Assembly (NCBI GenBank): GCA_002011035.2
Contig: MTLY02000003.1
Location: 544,001 to 608,000 of the forward strand
Length of the DNA: 64,000 nt
From: Candidatus Hecatella orcuttiae
GTDB lineage: Archaea; Thermoproteota; Bathyarchaeia; Hecatellales; Hecatellaceae
Reading direction: 5' to 3'
Shown here: positions 8,664-17,866 of the stretch, piece by piece
Position numbering within the stretch: the first letter of the stretch is position 1
Layout: the number at the start of each line of letters is the position of its first letter
Made by a program: the position numbers and the translations under genes
The notes under the pieces: model-generated
What the model was told of the DNA's origin: nothing
Seen by the model: only the letters and a program-made list of their open reading frames with translations
Database searches by the model: none

Positions 8664-9443
8664 ATGGCCTCCGAGCAGCTGGACTACGCAGCCGTCATCT
8701 TGGTTTTAACTTTCTTAGCCTACTCCGCTTGGAGCGACTGGCGGACTAGGGAGGTGACCAACCGCGTTTGGATGATCCTCGCCCCTTCTGGGGTTGCTCT
8801 CACCCTTCTCCGAATTCTGCCTACGCACAATTGGACGCTCTACTTAGGATGGGGCCTCATCATGGGGGTTATGACCCTCATTTCCTTCACACTCTTCTAC
8901 CTAGGCCTCTGGGGCGGCGCTGACTCCAAAGCCTTCCTCAGCCTAGGCCTCATCCTCCCATGGCCGCCTCGTGCTCCAGACCCTTGGCTGGGAATTCGGC
9001 TGCCGGTTTTCCCTCTCACCGTTTTAAACAACACCATCCTCCTTTCCACTTCCGCTGTCTTCTACATCTTGGCGAGGAATATAGCTTGGAAGGCGTTTCA
9101 CCACCAAAGCCTCTTCCAAGGCTTCGCCCATGAGTCTCGGTGGAAAAAGCTTCTAGCCCTCCTAGTCAGTTACAAGGTTAAAAAAGAGAAGCTTCAAGGA
9201 AAGCGTTTCCTCTCCCTTGCCGAAGAATCCGAAGCCGAGGAAAGCGGAGGGACTCCGCCTCCGAAGCGAAGCTTCAAATTCCAAATAAAAGAAGCCCCTC
9301 CCATTGAAAGATGGGAAGAGCTGCCGGAAGAAGTCTGGGTTACGCCTCAACCGCCCCTGATGGTGTTTATATTCCTCGGCACAGCCGCCGCCCTCTGGCT
9401 GGGAGACCTCCTTCTCTGGCTTATAGCTCAATTCTTCCCCTAA
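8664..9443 (+). CDS. Prepilin/preflagellin peptidase (A24, PibD/FlaK-like)
   Basis: SDWRTREV and GGADSK aspartate motifs, multiple TM helices, C-terminal WVTP.PP. Confidence 0.9.
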   Translation: MASEQLDYAAVILVLTFLAYSAWSDWRTREVTNRVWMILAPSGVALTLLRILPTHNWTLYLGWGLIMGVMTLISFTLFYLGLWGGADSKAFLSLGLILPWPPRAPDPWLGIRLPVFPLTVLNNTILLSTSAVFYILARNIAWKAFHHQSLFQGFAHESRWKKLLALLVSYKVKKEKLQGKRFLSLAEESEAEESGGTPPPKRSFKFQIKEAPPIERWEELPEEVWVTPQPPLMVFIFLGTAAALWLGDLLLWLIAQFFP

Positions 9444-9609
9444 TCCATCCACTCTTGACCAAGAGCTCCCAGCCCAAGGAAAAAAGGGTGGGAAATCTGC
9501 CGCCGTTTCACACCTTTCTTTTTTGCGCCGCGCTTCTCTGCGAAGTTTGCTTAGGCCTCAAGGGTGGATAAAAAATTTATTTGAAGGAAACCCTATCCTC
9601 TAATTAGGT

Positions 9610-9811
9610 GGGACCGTAGTCTAGCCAGGCAGGACGACTGCGCTGCAAGCTTCCCCAAAAGGCTTCAACGCAGTCAAGGGCTCCAGCTCAGTTCAAAAGT
9701 TCACCGACCGCCCCGAGGGCTGAATGAGGAGGAGCTGGAGCGGGGAGAAACCCGTAGACGGCTGAAGCAAGCCGGTGGAAGTCGTCGGTTCAAATCCGGC
9801 CGGTCCCACCA
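9610..9811 (+). tRNA. trnW: tRNA-Trp(CCA) with three introns (9639-9677, 9687-9749, 9758-9780) and an encoded CCA end
   Basis: Acceptor stem GGGACCG/CGGTCCC-A-CCA, D stem GTCT/GGAC, T arm GTCGG-TTCAAAT-CCGGC. Removing the three inserts gives a 77-nt cloverleaf with anticodon arm ACGGG-CTCCAGA-CCCGT. Confidence 0.88.
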
Positions 9812-9818
9812 TTTTTTT
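9812..9818 (+). terminator. Oligo-T archaeal terminator after the tRNA
   Basis: T7 run directly after CCA. Confidence 0.6.
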
Positions 9819-9827
9819 CTAGGCTGG

Positions 9828-10253
9828 CTAGTAGTAGTAGAGGTTTGCGAAGGCGTCGTAGGCGTAGTCTTCCCCGCAACCGTTTCCGTAGCCCACGTTG
9901 ACGTAGACAGGCTGGCCTTTTTTGATGTAGAAGTAGTCTCCCGGGGGAAGGAAGATGGTTTGGGTTAGGTCGTTGGGGCCGGTGCAGTAGGTGTAAACGT
10001 CTCTTTGCATGTAGAAGAGGAAATCCTTCTTCATGTTGACGAAGTAAGGCTCAAACCTGCCTATCTTCTTCCTAGTTATGGAGATGTAGAGTTCGAAGTC
10101 CCCTTGCGCTTCCTTGACGCATAGGAGGCCCATGAAGGCTCCGATAATGTGAATATCTCGGTTAGGCCTCCAAGTTTCCAGTATGTAGGTTTTAGCCGTC
10201 CGCTTCTTGGCCACGTCGATGGTGTGAAAACATTTCGTCCGTATGTTCACCAA
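9828..10253 (-). CDS. Hypothetical beta-rich protein
   Basis: 141-aa ORF with consistent codon usage and GAGGGG upstream; no recognised motif. Confidence 0.6.
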   Translation of the reverse strand: MVNIRTKCFHTIDVAKKRTAKTYILETWRPNRDIHIIGAFMGLLCVKEAQGDFELYISITRKKIGRFEPYFVNMKKDFLFYMQRDVYTYCTGPNDLTQTIFLPPGDYFYIKKGQPVYVNVGYGNGCGEDYAYDAFANLYYY

Positions 10254-10425
10254 CCAACCCCTCTACAGCTTTAACCGTATTTGTAACATTTCAATAGATT
10301 TTTCAAGACTATTTAATTCCTTCCTCATCACGGCGTTGAAGAATGCGCCAACAAGCCTAGAAAGCCATCTGCAGCTTCAGCTCTCCCATCTGAAAATCGT
10401 CTGAACTCCTACAAAAATGCAACAC

Positions 10426-11439
10426 TCATTCCACCGTCCATCTTCTGCTGAGCATGTTTTCAACTTCTTCGCTGTCTCCAAGGTGATCAGGCTCTGACGC
10501 CCAGTGGAAAAGGAAGACCCCGGTTAAATTGTAGCCTCTGAGAACATCCAAACCGGCTTCATATCCTTCCGCCCTGATAGTTGCGTTAGGCCAAGCTCCT
10601 TGCCATACATCCATACCTAGGGTTGCGACGAATCTGCATTCGACGCCGTATTTTTCTGCCAAGTAATCTATTATCTCTGCGCGCTCTTTCACGTCCTCCC
10701 TGTAATCTTCAAGACTTCTAATGTCCCATGGGCTGTCTTCGTACTTCTTCCAAGGAAAAACAGTCATGCTGATGCAGTCGTATCCTTCAAATGCGCCGTG
10801 GCTGTCTAAAACCTCCCACATTCCAACATATGGATGTTCAGCGATAGCGACCCTGCCGCTGTAGACCTCCCGAATCTTCGGCAATATTTCTCTGTACCAT
10901 TCTCCGGCTTCATCCCCACTTAGGATAAGGCTCATCTCAATCCCCGGAGCGAACATCTCCACGTTGTTTTCTTCAGCAAACACCGCTCATCTTAAAACAA
11001 CATCCGTCCAGTTTTTCTCATCCAGCTTCCATTCTTTTGTGATCCAGTAGTCTCTTGACTCAACATAAGGTACGAGGAAGACTCCGAGCTCAAAATCGTG
11101 GGCTGTTGCAATGGCTTCTCTCAAATATGTTGCGGCTTCGTTGTAGTCTCCTATTACACCTCCGTCCTCGGTGCCATTGTAGAACGCTCTGATGTAAAGA
11201 TAGTTGGCTCCAACGTTTTTTGCCTTTAGAACCAGTCTGAGGTTGCTTTCCGGACTGTATATTTCCTCGTAAATGCCCGGATGATAATAATAGGAAACAG
11301 TTCTCCAAGTTAAACCTTGAATCTCAAATTCTCTCCTACTCTCTGGAAAACTGTACTCTCCTTTTTGTTGAACATACCCACTAGCTAGAAGGATCCCGGC
11401 TACCAACCCGATGACCAGCACGATCAGTATCTTTCTCAA
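10426..11439 (-). pseudogene. Membrane-anchored TIM-barrel glycoside-hydrolase-like gene (GH113/GTA-TIM-like) interrupted by one in-frame TGA at 10989-10987
   Basis: The two track ORFs share a frame: ...VVLR-TGA-AVFAEENNVEMFAPGIE...IREVYSG; N-terminal signal/anchor. Confidence 0.65.
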
Positions 11440-11595
11440 CTTCCCACGACATAATACTGGTGATGCTCATTTTAAATAAACGCTCGGTAAATTCGTGCGC
11501 CGAGTTGCATTTTGTTGAAGTCGTTTAATGGGTAATTTAATAAGCTCTTTTCACCTAACTTATTGCCGCACAGGGAATAGGTAGGTGAACCAACG

Positions 11596-11997
11596 TTGGT
11601 GAGAAAAAACAGTTTCAAGTCAAAGCTTGAACATTCCATTTCTCTTGAAAGCGACTTGGCTGAGTATTACCTTCAAAAATCCCTGAAGGCTGAAAACCCG
11701 GTACTGAAGCTGGTGTTCCGGCAGCTGGCGTTGGACACCATGGAGCACAGCGACATTCTGGAAACCGTCAGAGACATGCTCTCCGGCAGGATTCCCAAAA
11801 GCAAGGAGCGTATGAGAACAAAGGAGCTGGAAGAACATTCGAAGATCGAGAAAGAGTTGATGCTCTTCTACAAGGAGGCGGAAAGAAAAGCCGGAGAAAA
11901 GGAAGTCAAACTGCTGTTTCAGAAACTAGTGTCAGATGAAGACCGACACCATAATATGCTGGAGACCCTGATTAAAACCCTTCGGCATCGAAAATAG
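11596..11997 (+). CDS. Ferritin-like/rubrerythrin-family protein
   Basis: Two E...DxxxH half repeats (DTMEH, DEDRH). Confidence 0.75.
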   Translation: MVRKNSFKSKLEHSISLESDLAEYYLQKSLKAENPVLKLVFRQLALDTMEHSDILETVRDMLSGRIPKSKERMRTKELEEHSKIEKELMLFYKEAERKAGEKEVKLLFQKLVSDEDRHHNMLETLIKTLRHRK

Positions 11998-12075
11998 CCT
12001 GAGCTAATGTTGACTGAGGGTGCGTTTTGAACGAAATCCATATAATGGATGTTTTTTATTATAATTAGGAGTCTT

Positions 12076-12291
12076 ATGGAAGATAAATGCCCAGGTTCCG
12101 CCTTCGTCAAGATCGAAACAACCCAATGCCCCAAATGCGGTGAAGAAGTGGAACTGTTCAGCGACGAATACAAGACTAAGTGTCCTAACTGCGGGGAGAC
12201 CGTCTTCCGAGACCTAGCTTCCTGCATCGACTGGTGCCCCTACTCCCAAAAATGCTTAGAGGACCGGCAGAAATACCAAAGTAAAAGCTAA
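12076..12291 (+). CDS. Small Cys-rich Zn-ribbon protein
   Basis: CPG, CPKC, CPNC, CIDWC...C; ATG at 12076 after AGGAG. Confidence 0.75.
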   Translation: MEDKCPGSAFVKIETTQCPKCGEEVELFSDEYKTKCPNCGETVFRDLASCIDWCPYSQKCLEDRQKYQSKS

Positions 12292-12368
12292 AACTACTTC
12301 CAGCTTCGTAGCAGCCATTTTGCCAGCGAGCCGGTTTTTTAAGAAAAACGAACTCAGCTAACCTTCTA

Positions 12369-12719
12369 TCAGACTTGGATCCTGCGTGTGGAGAGGTTGT
12401 TCTGCACGTTGACCGACGGAATCTCCGCGCCGCTTCTGCTCAGCTTCCCGTATCTCCCCACGTTAAGCCTCAGAGAGCTTTTGAAGACGGAGATGTAACC
12501 GTTTTCTATCCGGAGGACATCGCCGCTCTTCACCTGGTCGATGACCTCGTCCCAAAGGGTTAGAATGATGCAGCCTGACTCATCGCCCACCAGAACGTCG
12601 GCTACCCGGTGCTGGGAGCCGTCGGCTCTGAAGGTGACCACCCTCTCCTCCAACTTCTCCACGACCTTTAAGTCTATGTTCACCCTCTGGGATCCCACGC
12701 GGAGTTCATGAACTTTCAA
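12369..12719 (-). CDS. ssb: Single-OB-fold ssDNA-binding protein (crenarchaeal SSB type)
   Basis: VGDESG.I.LTLWD, IENGY, LNVGRYG. Confidence 0.85.
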   Translation of the reverse strand: MKVHELRVGSQRVNIDLKVVEKLEERVVTFRADGSQHRVADVLVGDESGCIILTLWDEVIDQVKSGDVLRIENGYISVFKSSLRLNVGRYGKLSRSGAEIPSVNVQNNLSTRRIQV

Positions 12720-12783
12720 TTTTTTCAGCCTTGATGAAATCCGTTGCCGAATATTTTATTTTAGCGGTGAAAACATATAAAGC

Positions 12784-13338
12784 TTGACGGCGGTCATACC
12801 GGCTTCCGGTGGAGTTGTGATGGGAGAAAAACCTCAAGTTTTAGTCATCGGCTACGCCGATGACCACTGCCCTGACAGCGCCCGCAAGCTGGCCTATGAG
12901 GTAGGCTGCGAAATCGCTCGGAGGGGCGGTATTCTGATAACAGGCGGCTTAAAAGGCGTCATGGAAGCTGCCAGCCGTGGGGCGAAGGAAAACGGGGGTT
13001 TGGTGGTGGGCATCATTCCCCAAGAAGACAAGGCCTACGCCAACCCCTACTGCGATGTAGTGGTGTGCACAGGTATGGGTTGGGCTCGGGATTTCATCAC
13101 CGCCTACACTGCCGACGCCGTCATCATTGTGGGAGGCGGGGCTGGAACCCTCATCGAAGCCATAGCCGCCTACTTTAAGCTCAAGCCCATTGTTGCCCTC
13201 CGGGGCAGCGGAGGCACTGCGGACAAATATGCGGGAGGATACCTCGACGACAGGAAGGCAGTGAAGGTTTGGGGAGAAAACACTCCGGGAAAGGCAGTGG
13301 ACCGAGCTTTCCAGCTTCTGAAAGGGGAACACCGTTAA
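12784..13338 (+). CDS. LOG/SLOG-family Rossmann protein (TIGR00725-like)
   Basis: TGGLKGVMEAASRGA, GGGAGTLIE; start may be at about 12817-12820. Confidence 0.85.
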   Translation: MTAVIPASGGVVMGEKPQVLVIGYADDHCPDSARKLAYEVGCEIARRGGILITGGLKGVMEAASRGAKENGGLVVGIIPQEDKAYANPYCDVVVCTGMGWARDFITAYTADAVIIVGGGAGTLIEAIAAYFKLKPIVALRGSGGTADKYAGGYLDDRKAVKVWGENTPGKAVDRAFQLLKGEHR

Positions 13339-13409
13339 ACATGGTTCTGTCGGTTAAAGAATTTTCAGGTAAAAACTTGCTACCCAGCTTGTAAGGCTGT
13401 TCTATCAAG

Positions 13410-14294
13410 ATGAGGTTCACTTTCCATTACGGCTTGCTCGTCCTAGTGGCTGTTGTGCTAGCTTTTCCTCTTCAAAGTTTAGCTTGGACGCTTAAACCTC
13501 TGATCCCCGGCTTCCTCTTCGTTCTCATGCTCTTTGCCAGCGCCGGTTTTGACCCTGAAGAGCTGCGGAGGGTGGCTGAATTCAAGCGGCAGGTGGGAGC
13601 ATGCTTGCTGGTCAACTACGGTCTTCTCACAGGATTTCTGGTGGCCGCTGCCTTCCTTTTCTTCGGAGAAATCAGAAACGGAAACCTGGTCATAGCGGCC
13701 ATGCCTCCCGCCATAGCCGTGGTTGCCTTGGTCTCCCTCACCGATAAGGAAAACCTGCCTATGGCCTTGGTCTCAGAGATTTTGACTTACGTGGCTGCCC
13801 TCGGTTTGGCTCCCTTGATTCTGCTGTCTTTCGCCACGAAGGTTTTCAACCCTCTTTTCCTCCTTCAGATTCTCTTCTTCTTCATCCTCTTACCCTTGTT
13901 CGCTTCCCAGCTTTTGAGAAAGGTCGAGTTTCTGGTGAAGGAGAAGGAGCTTCTGTCCACCTCCGCCTTTTCCCTCATAACCTTCACGGTGGTAGGCATA
14001 AACGTGAGTTTTCTTCTGGAAGGGAAGCCTTCCATGTTGGCTCTCCTAACCTTGATTCACGCTGTGAAAACCTTCGGCTTAGGCTTCCTCCTTCTAAAGC
14101 TCACCGGAAACAGAACCTACGCCTTCTTTGCAAGCTTCAAGAACATGGGCGCTGCGGCAGCCGTCAGCCTGCTTCTCTTCAGCGACCTCGCCAGCCTCCC
14201 CGTGGCCGTAGGCATCATCCTAGAAAGCTTCCTCATAGCCTACTCCCTATCCTACTGGAAGCCGGGAAAACCTAGCGGCGGGGTAAGAGGCTAA
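13410..14294 (+). CDS. Bile acid:Na+ symporter-family membrane protein
   Basis: About 9-10 TM helices, MPPA and FKNMG motifs. Confidence 0.7.
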   Translation: MRFTFHYGLLVLVAVVLAFPLQSLAWTLKPLIPGFLFVLMLFASAGFDPEELRRVAEFKRQVGACLLVNYGLLTGFLVAAAFLFFGEIRNGNLVIAAMPPAIAVVALVSLTDKENLPMALVSEILTYVAALGLAPLILLSFATKVFNPLFLLQILFFFILLPLFASQLLRKVEFLVKEKELLSTSAFSLITFTVVGINVSFLLEGKPSMLALLTLIHAVKTFGLGFLLLKLTGNRTYAFFASFKNMGAAAAVSLLLFSDLASLPVAVGIILESFLIAYSLSYWKPGKPSGGVRG

Positions 14295-15784
14295 GGGACT
14301 AGGGCTTCCATCACACGGCTGAGAAGCTGGTTTAAAAACTGAGGATAAACTCCCGTCGCCACCGTCAAGACGGTTAACACCATCAGGGGAACTATGAAAA
14401 GGTTTGACGCCTCCTTCACCCGGCTTAGGCGGCTGGGAAGCTGTCTGAAGAGAACCCTCCGCACCGTCCACAGGGAATAGCTCAGTGTCAGGGCTGTGGC
14501 CATCACCGCGGCCACGGCTAAGACAACCCTCACAGCTCCCCCCTCAACAACTCCGTGGAGGAAGAAGCCGAGAAAGATCATCCACTCGCTCTGAAAGCCG
14601 TTGAGGGGCGGAACGCCGGAGAGGCTTAGGAAGCCTACCACCATGGCCACGGCTGTGTAGGGCATTTTGGAGGCTAAACCCCCCAGCTGCCTGATGCTTC
14701 TCGTCCCAGCCTGCCGCGTGAGGACTCCGGAGATCATGAAGAGAGCCGCCTTACTGGTCGCATGGCTGAAGTAGAGGAAGATGGCGCCCACCAGCCCTAG
14801 GGCTGAGGAGGACGCAAGGCCGAAAAGCAGGTAGCCCATCTGGCTGATGCTGGAGTAGGCCAGAAGCCTTTTGATGTCGTCTTGAGCCAAGGCCATGAGC
14901 GCTCCGTAGACCATGGTCACCAAGGCCATGGCCGCCAGCCCCGGGCTGAACTCTAGGATGGTCTGGGGGAAGGCGGTGAAGACAATTCGGAGAATGGCGT
15001 AGCCGCCTATGCCGCTTGTGGTCGCGGAGAGGAGGGCGGTGATGGGCGTCGGCGCCTCGACGTAGGTGTCCGGAAGCCACGCGTGGAAGGGGAAGATGGC
15101 AAGCTTCACCATCAGCCCCACCAAGAGAGCTGCGACGATAAGCCTCGCCGCCGTGGAGCCCACAGGCTGCCCCTGGGCGGAGGCTTCCTCGATAGCGAAC
15201 AGGCTGAAGCTTCCGTAGGCGGCCCCGGTGGCCAATATGCCTAGGAGGAACAGGAGGGCTCCCATGTGGGTGTAGATGAAATACCGGAAGGCTACGCGTT
15301 CTCTGTCTCCGGTTCCCCAGCCGTGGACTAGAGCCCAGGAAGGCAGAAGCATCAGCTCGAAGAAGAGGTAGAATTCGATGAGGTCTGAAGCTAGGACGCT
15401 GCCGAGCATTCCCGCGGTGTAGAGCAGATACAGCCCATAGTAGAGGGGCATGTTCTGTTCCCCGTCCATGTAGCGGATGGAGTAGGGGGCTACGATGCTG
15501 GCCAGCAGGGCTATGGTTAAAGCCATGGTAACCCCCAATCCGTCGGCGTGGAAGCCGAAGGTCAACCCCAGCGAAGGGGCCCAAGGGACTTGAAACACGT
15601 AAGCCTCCACCGTGCCGGTGAAGATGCGGGTAGCCAAGGTTAGAAGGAGGGCGGAAATGTAGGCTGTCACGGCGAAAGCCGCCCACCCGGCTTGTTTACC
15701 CATGCGCTTGGGCAGCAGGGCTAGAAGAGGTGAGACCAGCAGAGGCAGAAACACCGACTGGATGAGAAGCTGTTCAGGGCCCAT
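14291..15784 (-). CDS. Antiporter-like subunit (NuoM/MrpD family)
   Basis: FFELMLLP, PFHAWLPD, DIKRLLAYSSISQMG, GVPPLNGF. Confidence 0.9.
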   Translation of the reverse strand: MGPEQLLIQSVFLPLLVSPLLALLPKRMGKQAGWAAFAVTAYISALLLTLATRIFTGTVEAYVFQVPWAPSLGLTFGFHADGLGVTMALTIALLASIVAPYSIRYMDGEQNMPLYYGLYLLYTAGMLGSVLASDLIEFYLFFELMLLPSWALVHGWGTGDRERVAFRYFIYTHMGALLFLLGILATGAAYGSFSLFAIEEASAQGQPVGSTAARLIVAALLVGLMVKLAIFPFHAWLPDTYVEAPTPITALLSATTSGIGGYAILRIVFTAFPQTILEFSPGLAAMALVTMVYGALMALAQDDIKRLLAYSSISQMGYLLFGLASSSALGLVGAIFLYFSHATSKAALFMISGVLTRQAGTRSIRQLGGLASKMPYTAVAMVVGFLSLSGVPPLNGFQSEWMIFLGFFLHGVVEGGAVRVVLAVAAVMATALTLSYSLWTVRRVLFRQLPSRLSRVKEASNLFIVPLMVLTVLTVATGVYPQFLNQLLSRVMEALVP

Positions 15785-15790
15785 GGCTGT

Positions 15791-17860
15791 TCACCCTCCT
15801 AAGCCAAGCCAGACTAGGAGAACTATCAGAAGCGTCAGGCCTCCCATCAAGCCTACCGCGTAGTCGTTGAAGACTCCTGTGTGGGTTTTTCTGAGGCGGC
15901 TGTAGAGGGTGGTAACCCCTGAGGCCACGAGGCTGCTGAACCTGAGTAAACCGTGGAACTCCAGAACCCTGTGGGCTCGGTCGCTGAGCTTGAGGGCGGG
16001 GTCTACAAAAACCCGGTAGTAGGCTTGGTTTATGTACCATCTTCTGAGAAGGAAGACCTGAAGAGCCTTAAGTTCAGGCCGCCTTTCCACCCAAGCTTTC
16101 ACGTTCCACCTCCCCGCTACGTAGGCGTAGTAGGCAGGGATACCGCCCAAAGCCAGCATGAGGGTGGAGGTCAAGAGAACCAGCCACTCCCCCAGCGGAG
16201 AATGAGCCTCCATGGCTTCACCTCCCTCTAAGTGGGCGAGGGTTGAGAGAGAGGGGGAGAACATGGAAAGGAAACCCTCCAGCAGTAGGGGTGCAAGGGC
16301 TCCGATGGCCACGGTTATCAGGGCCAAGGCTAGGTATGGAATCCACATGAGGGGCGGAGCTTCATGGACATGGTGGCCCAGCTTTTCAGCCTTCTGAAGA
16401 TGGGCGCTCTTGCCTCCGAGGAAAACCAAGCCTACGACCCTTAGGCTGTAGAAGAAGGTTAACCCCACCGTCAGGGCTGCCAGAGTGTAGAGGAAGGGAG
16501 CTTGGGCGCTGGCTTGGAAGGCCTCCACCACAGACTTGAGGATTCCCTCCTTGCTCCAGAAGCCGCTGAGGGGAGGAACCCCGGCGAGGGCTAGGGCTCC
16601 GATGAACATGCTCAGGAAGGAGAAGGGCATAAGCCTCCTAAGCCCACCCATGTCGTCCATGAACCGGGACTCGCAGGCATGGGAGACGGAGCCGGAGGAA
16701 AGGAAGAGGGTGGCCTTAAACAGGGCGTGGCTGACTAGGTGGAAAAGAGCCGCAGCGAAGGCGGCTACCAAGGCGTCCCCTGTCAGGAATCCTGCTATGC
16801 CCAAGGCCAGCATCATGTAGCCTATCTGGCTGACGGTGGAGTAGGCCCATACCTTCTTGATCTCCCGGGAAACCACCGCTTGGGTTGCGGCTACAAAGGC
16901 GGTCAGAGCCCCTGCCCAAGCTACCGCTTGGAAGAAGACGATGAGGCTGGGCAGACCGGAGTGCATGGCTGAAAAGAATATGGGGAAAACCCTCGCCACC
17001 AAGTAAACTCCAGCCTTAACCATGGTGGCCGCGTGGATGAGGGCGCTGACCGAAGCCGGCCCGGCCATGGCGTCGGGAAGCCACTCCATGAGGGGAAGCT
17101 GCGCCGACTTACCCAAGGGCCCGCCGAGGAGAAAAAGGGCCGCAGGGATCAGCAGCCCCATTTCAGCCAGGCTTCGAGCCCACGCTAGGTTTCCTTGAAG
17201 CTCGAGGAAGCTGAAGGTTCCAGCCTGAGAGTAGATGAGGAAGATGGCGACTAGGAGGAAGATGTCTCCCACCTTGGTGGTGAGGAAGGCCTTCATGCCG
17301 CAGTGGGAGGGCGGATACTCCTCCGCTCCTTCACCGACCCACCTGGTTTTCCTGTCCTCAGGGCTGTCCCTGTGCCAGAACCCTATGAGGGCGTAGCTGC
17401 ACAGGCCTACGCCCTCCCAGCCGATGAAGAGGAGGAGAAGGTTATCGGCTAGGACGAGGAGGACCATGTTGCCGATGAAGAGGTTCATGAAAAACCAGTA
17501 CCTTGTAAGCGCCGGGTCCCCCCGCATGTAGCCGAGGCTGTAGACCATGATGAGGAGGCCTATCCAAGCTGCCACGTTGGCCATGAGGACGCTTAAGGGG
17601 TCCACCAGCATCCCTGCTTTAACCTGAACTCCCGCCACCCTGATCCACTCCACTGAAAGAGGGTAAAAGCCGGCGGAAGCCTCACCCTTCAACACTTGAG
17701 GATACCCGAGGAACATCAGAAAGGCCATGAAGGCTCCTAGGCCGGAGAAACCCACGGCGGCGTAGTCCCTGACCCGGGGGTGAATCCTAGCCAAGGCCGG
17801 GGTGAGAAGGGCTCCTAGGATGGGGAAGACCCAGCTAAGCCAAGGCGTATACTCCAACAT
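15791..17860 (-). CDS. Antiporter-like subunit (NuoL/MrpA family)
   Basis: GWEGVG, KSAQLP, WLPDAMAGP, HAATMVKAG, HALFKA. Confidence 0.9.
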   Translation of the reverse strand: MLEYTPWLSWVFPILGALLTPALARIHPRVRDYAAVGFSGLGAFMAFLMFLGYPQVLKGEASAGFYPLSVEWIRVAGVQVKAGMLVDPLSVLMANVAAWIGLLIMVYSLGYMRGDPALTRYWFFMNLFIGNMVLLVLADNLLLLFIGWEGVGLCSYALIGFWHRDSPEDRKTRWVGEGAEEYPPSHCGMKAFLTTKVGDIFLLVAIFLIYSQAGTFSFLELQGNLAWARSLAEMGLLIPAALFLLGGPLGKSAQLPLMEWLPDAMAGPASVSALIHAATMVKAGVYLVARVFPIFFSAMHSGLPSLIVFFQAVAWAGALTAFVAATQAVVSREIKKVWAYSTVSQIGYMMLALGIAGFLTGDALVAAFAAALFHLVSHALFKATLFLSSGSVSHACESRFMDDMGGLRRLMPFSFLSMFIGALALAGVPPLSGFWSKEGILKSVVEAFQASAQAPFLYTLAALTVGLTFFYSLRVVGLVFLGGKSAHLQKAEKLGHHVHEAPPLMWIPYLALALITVAIGALAPLLLEGFLSMFSPSLSTLAHLEGGEAMEAHSPLGEWLVLLTSTLMLALGGIPAYYAYVAGRWNVKAWVERRPELKALQVFLLRRWYINQAYYRVFVDPALKLSDRAHRVLEFHGLLRFSSLVASGVTTLYSRLRKTHTGVFNDYAVGLMGGLTLLIVLLVWLGLGG

Positions 17861-17866
17861 TCAGCT

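Noticed and set aside
10987-10989. TGA as selenocysteine or evidence of an alternative genetic code
   Set aside because: Not a redox-motif context, and TGA serves as a normal stop in many neighbouring genes (ftr, dinB, fwdA)
9812-11500. Integrative element inserted at the tRNA-Trp 3' end
   Set aside because: No integrase and no repeat of the tRNA 3' end that I could find in the window
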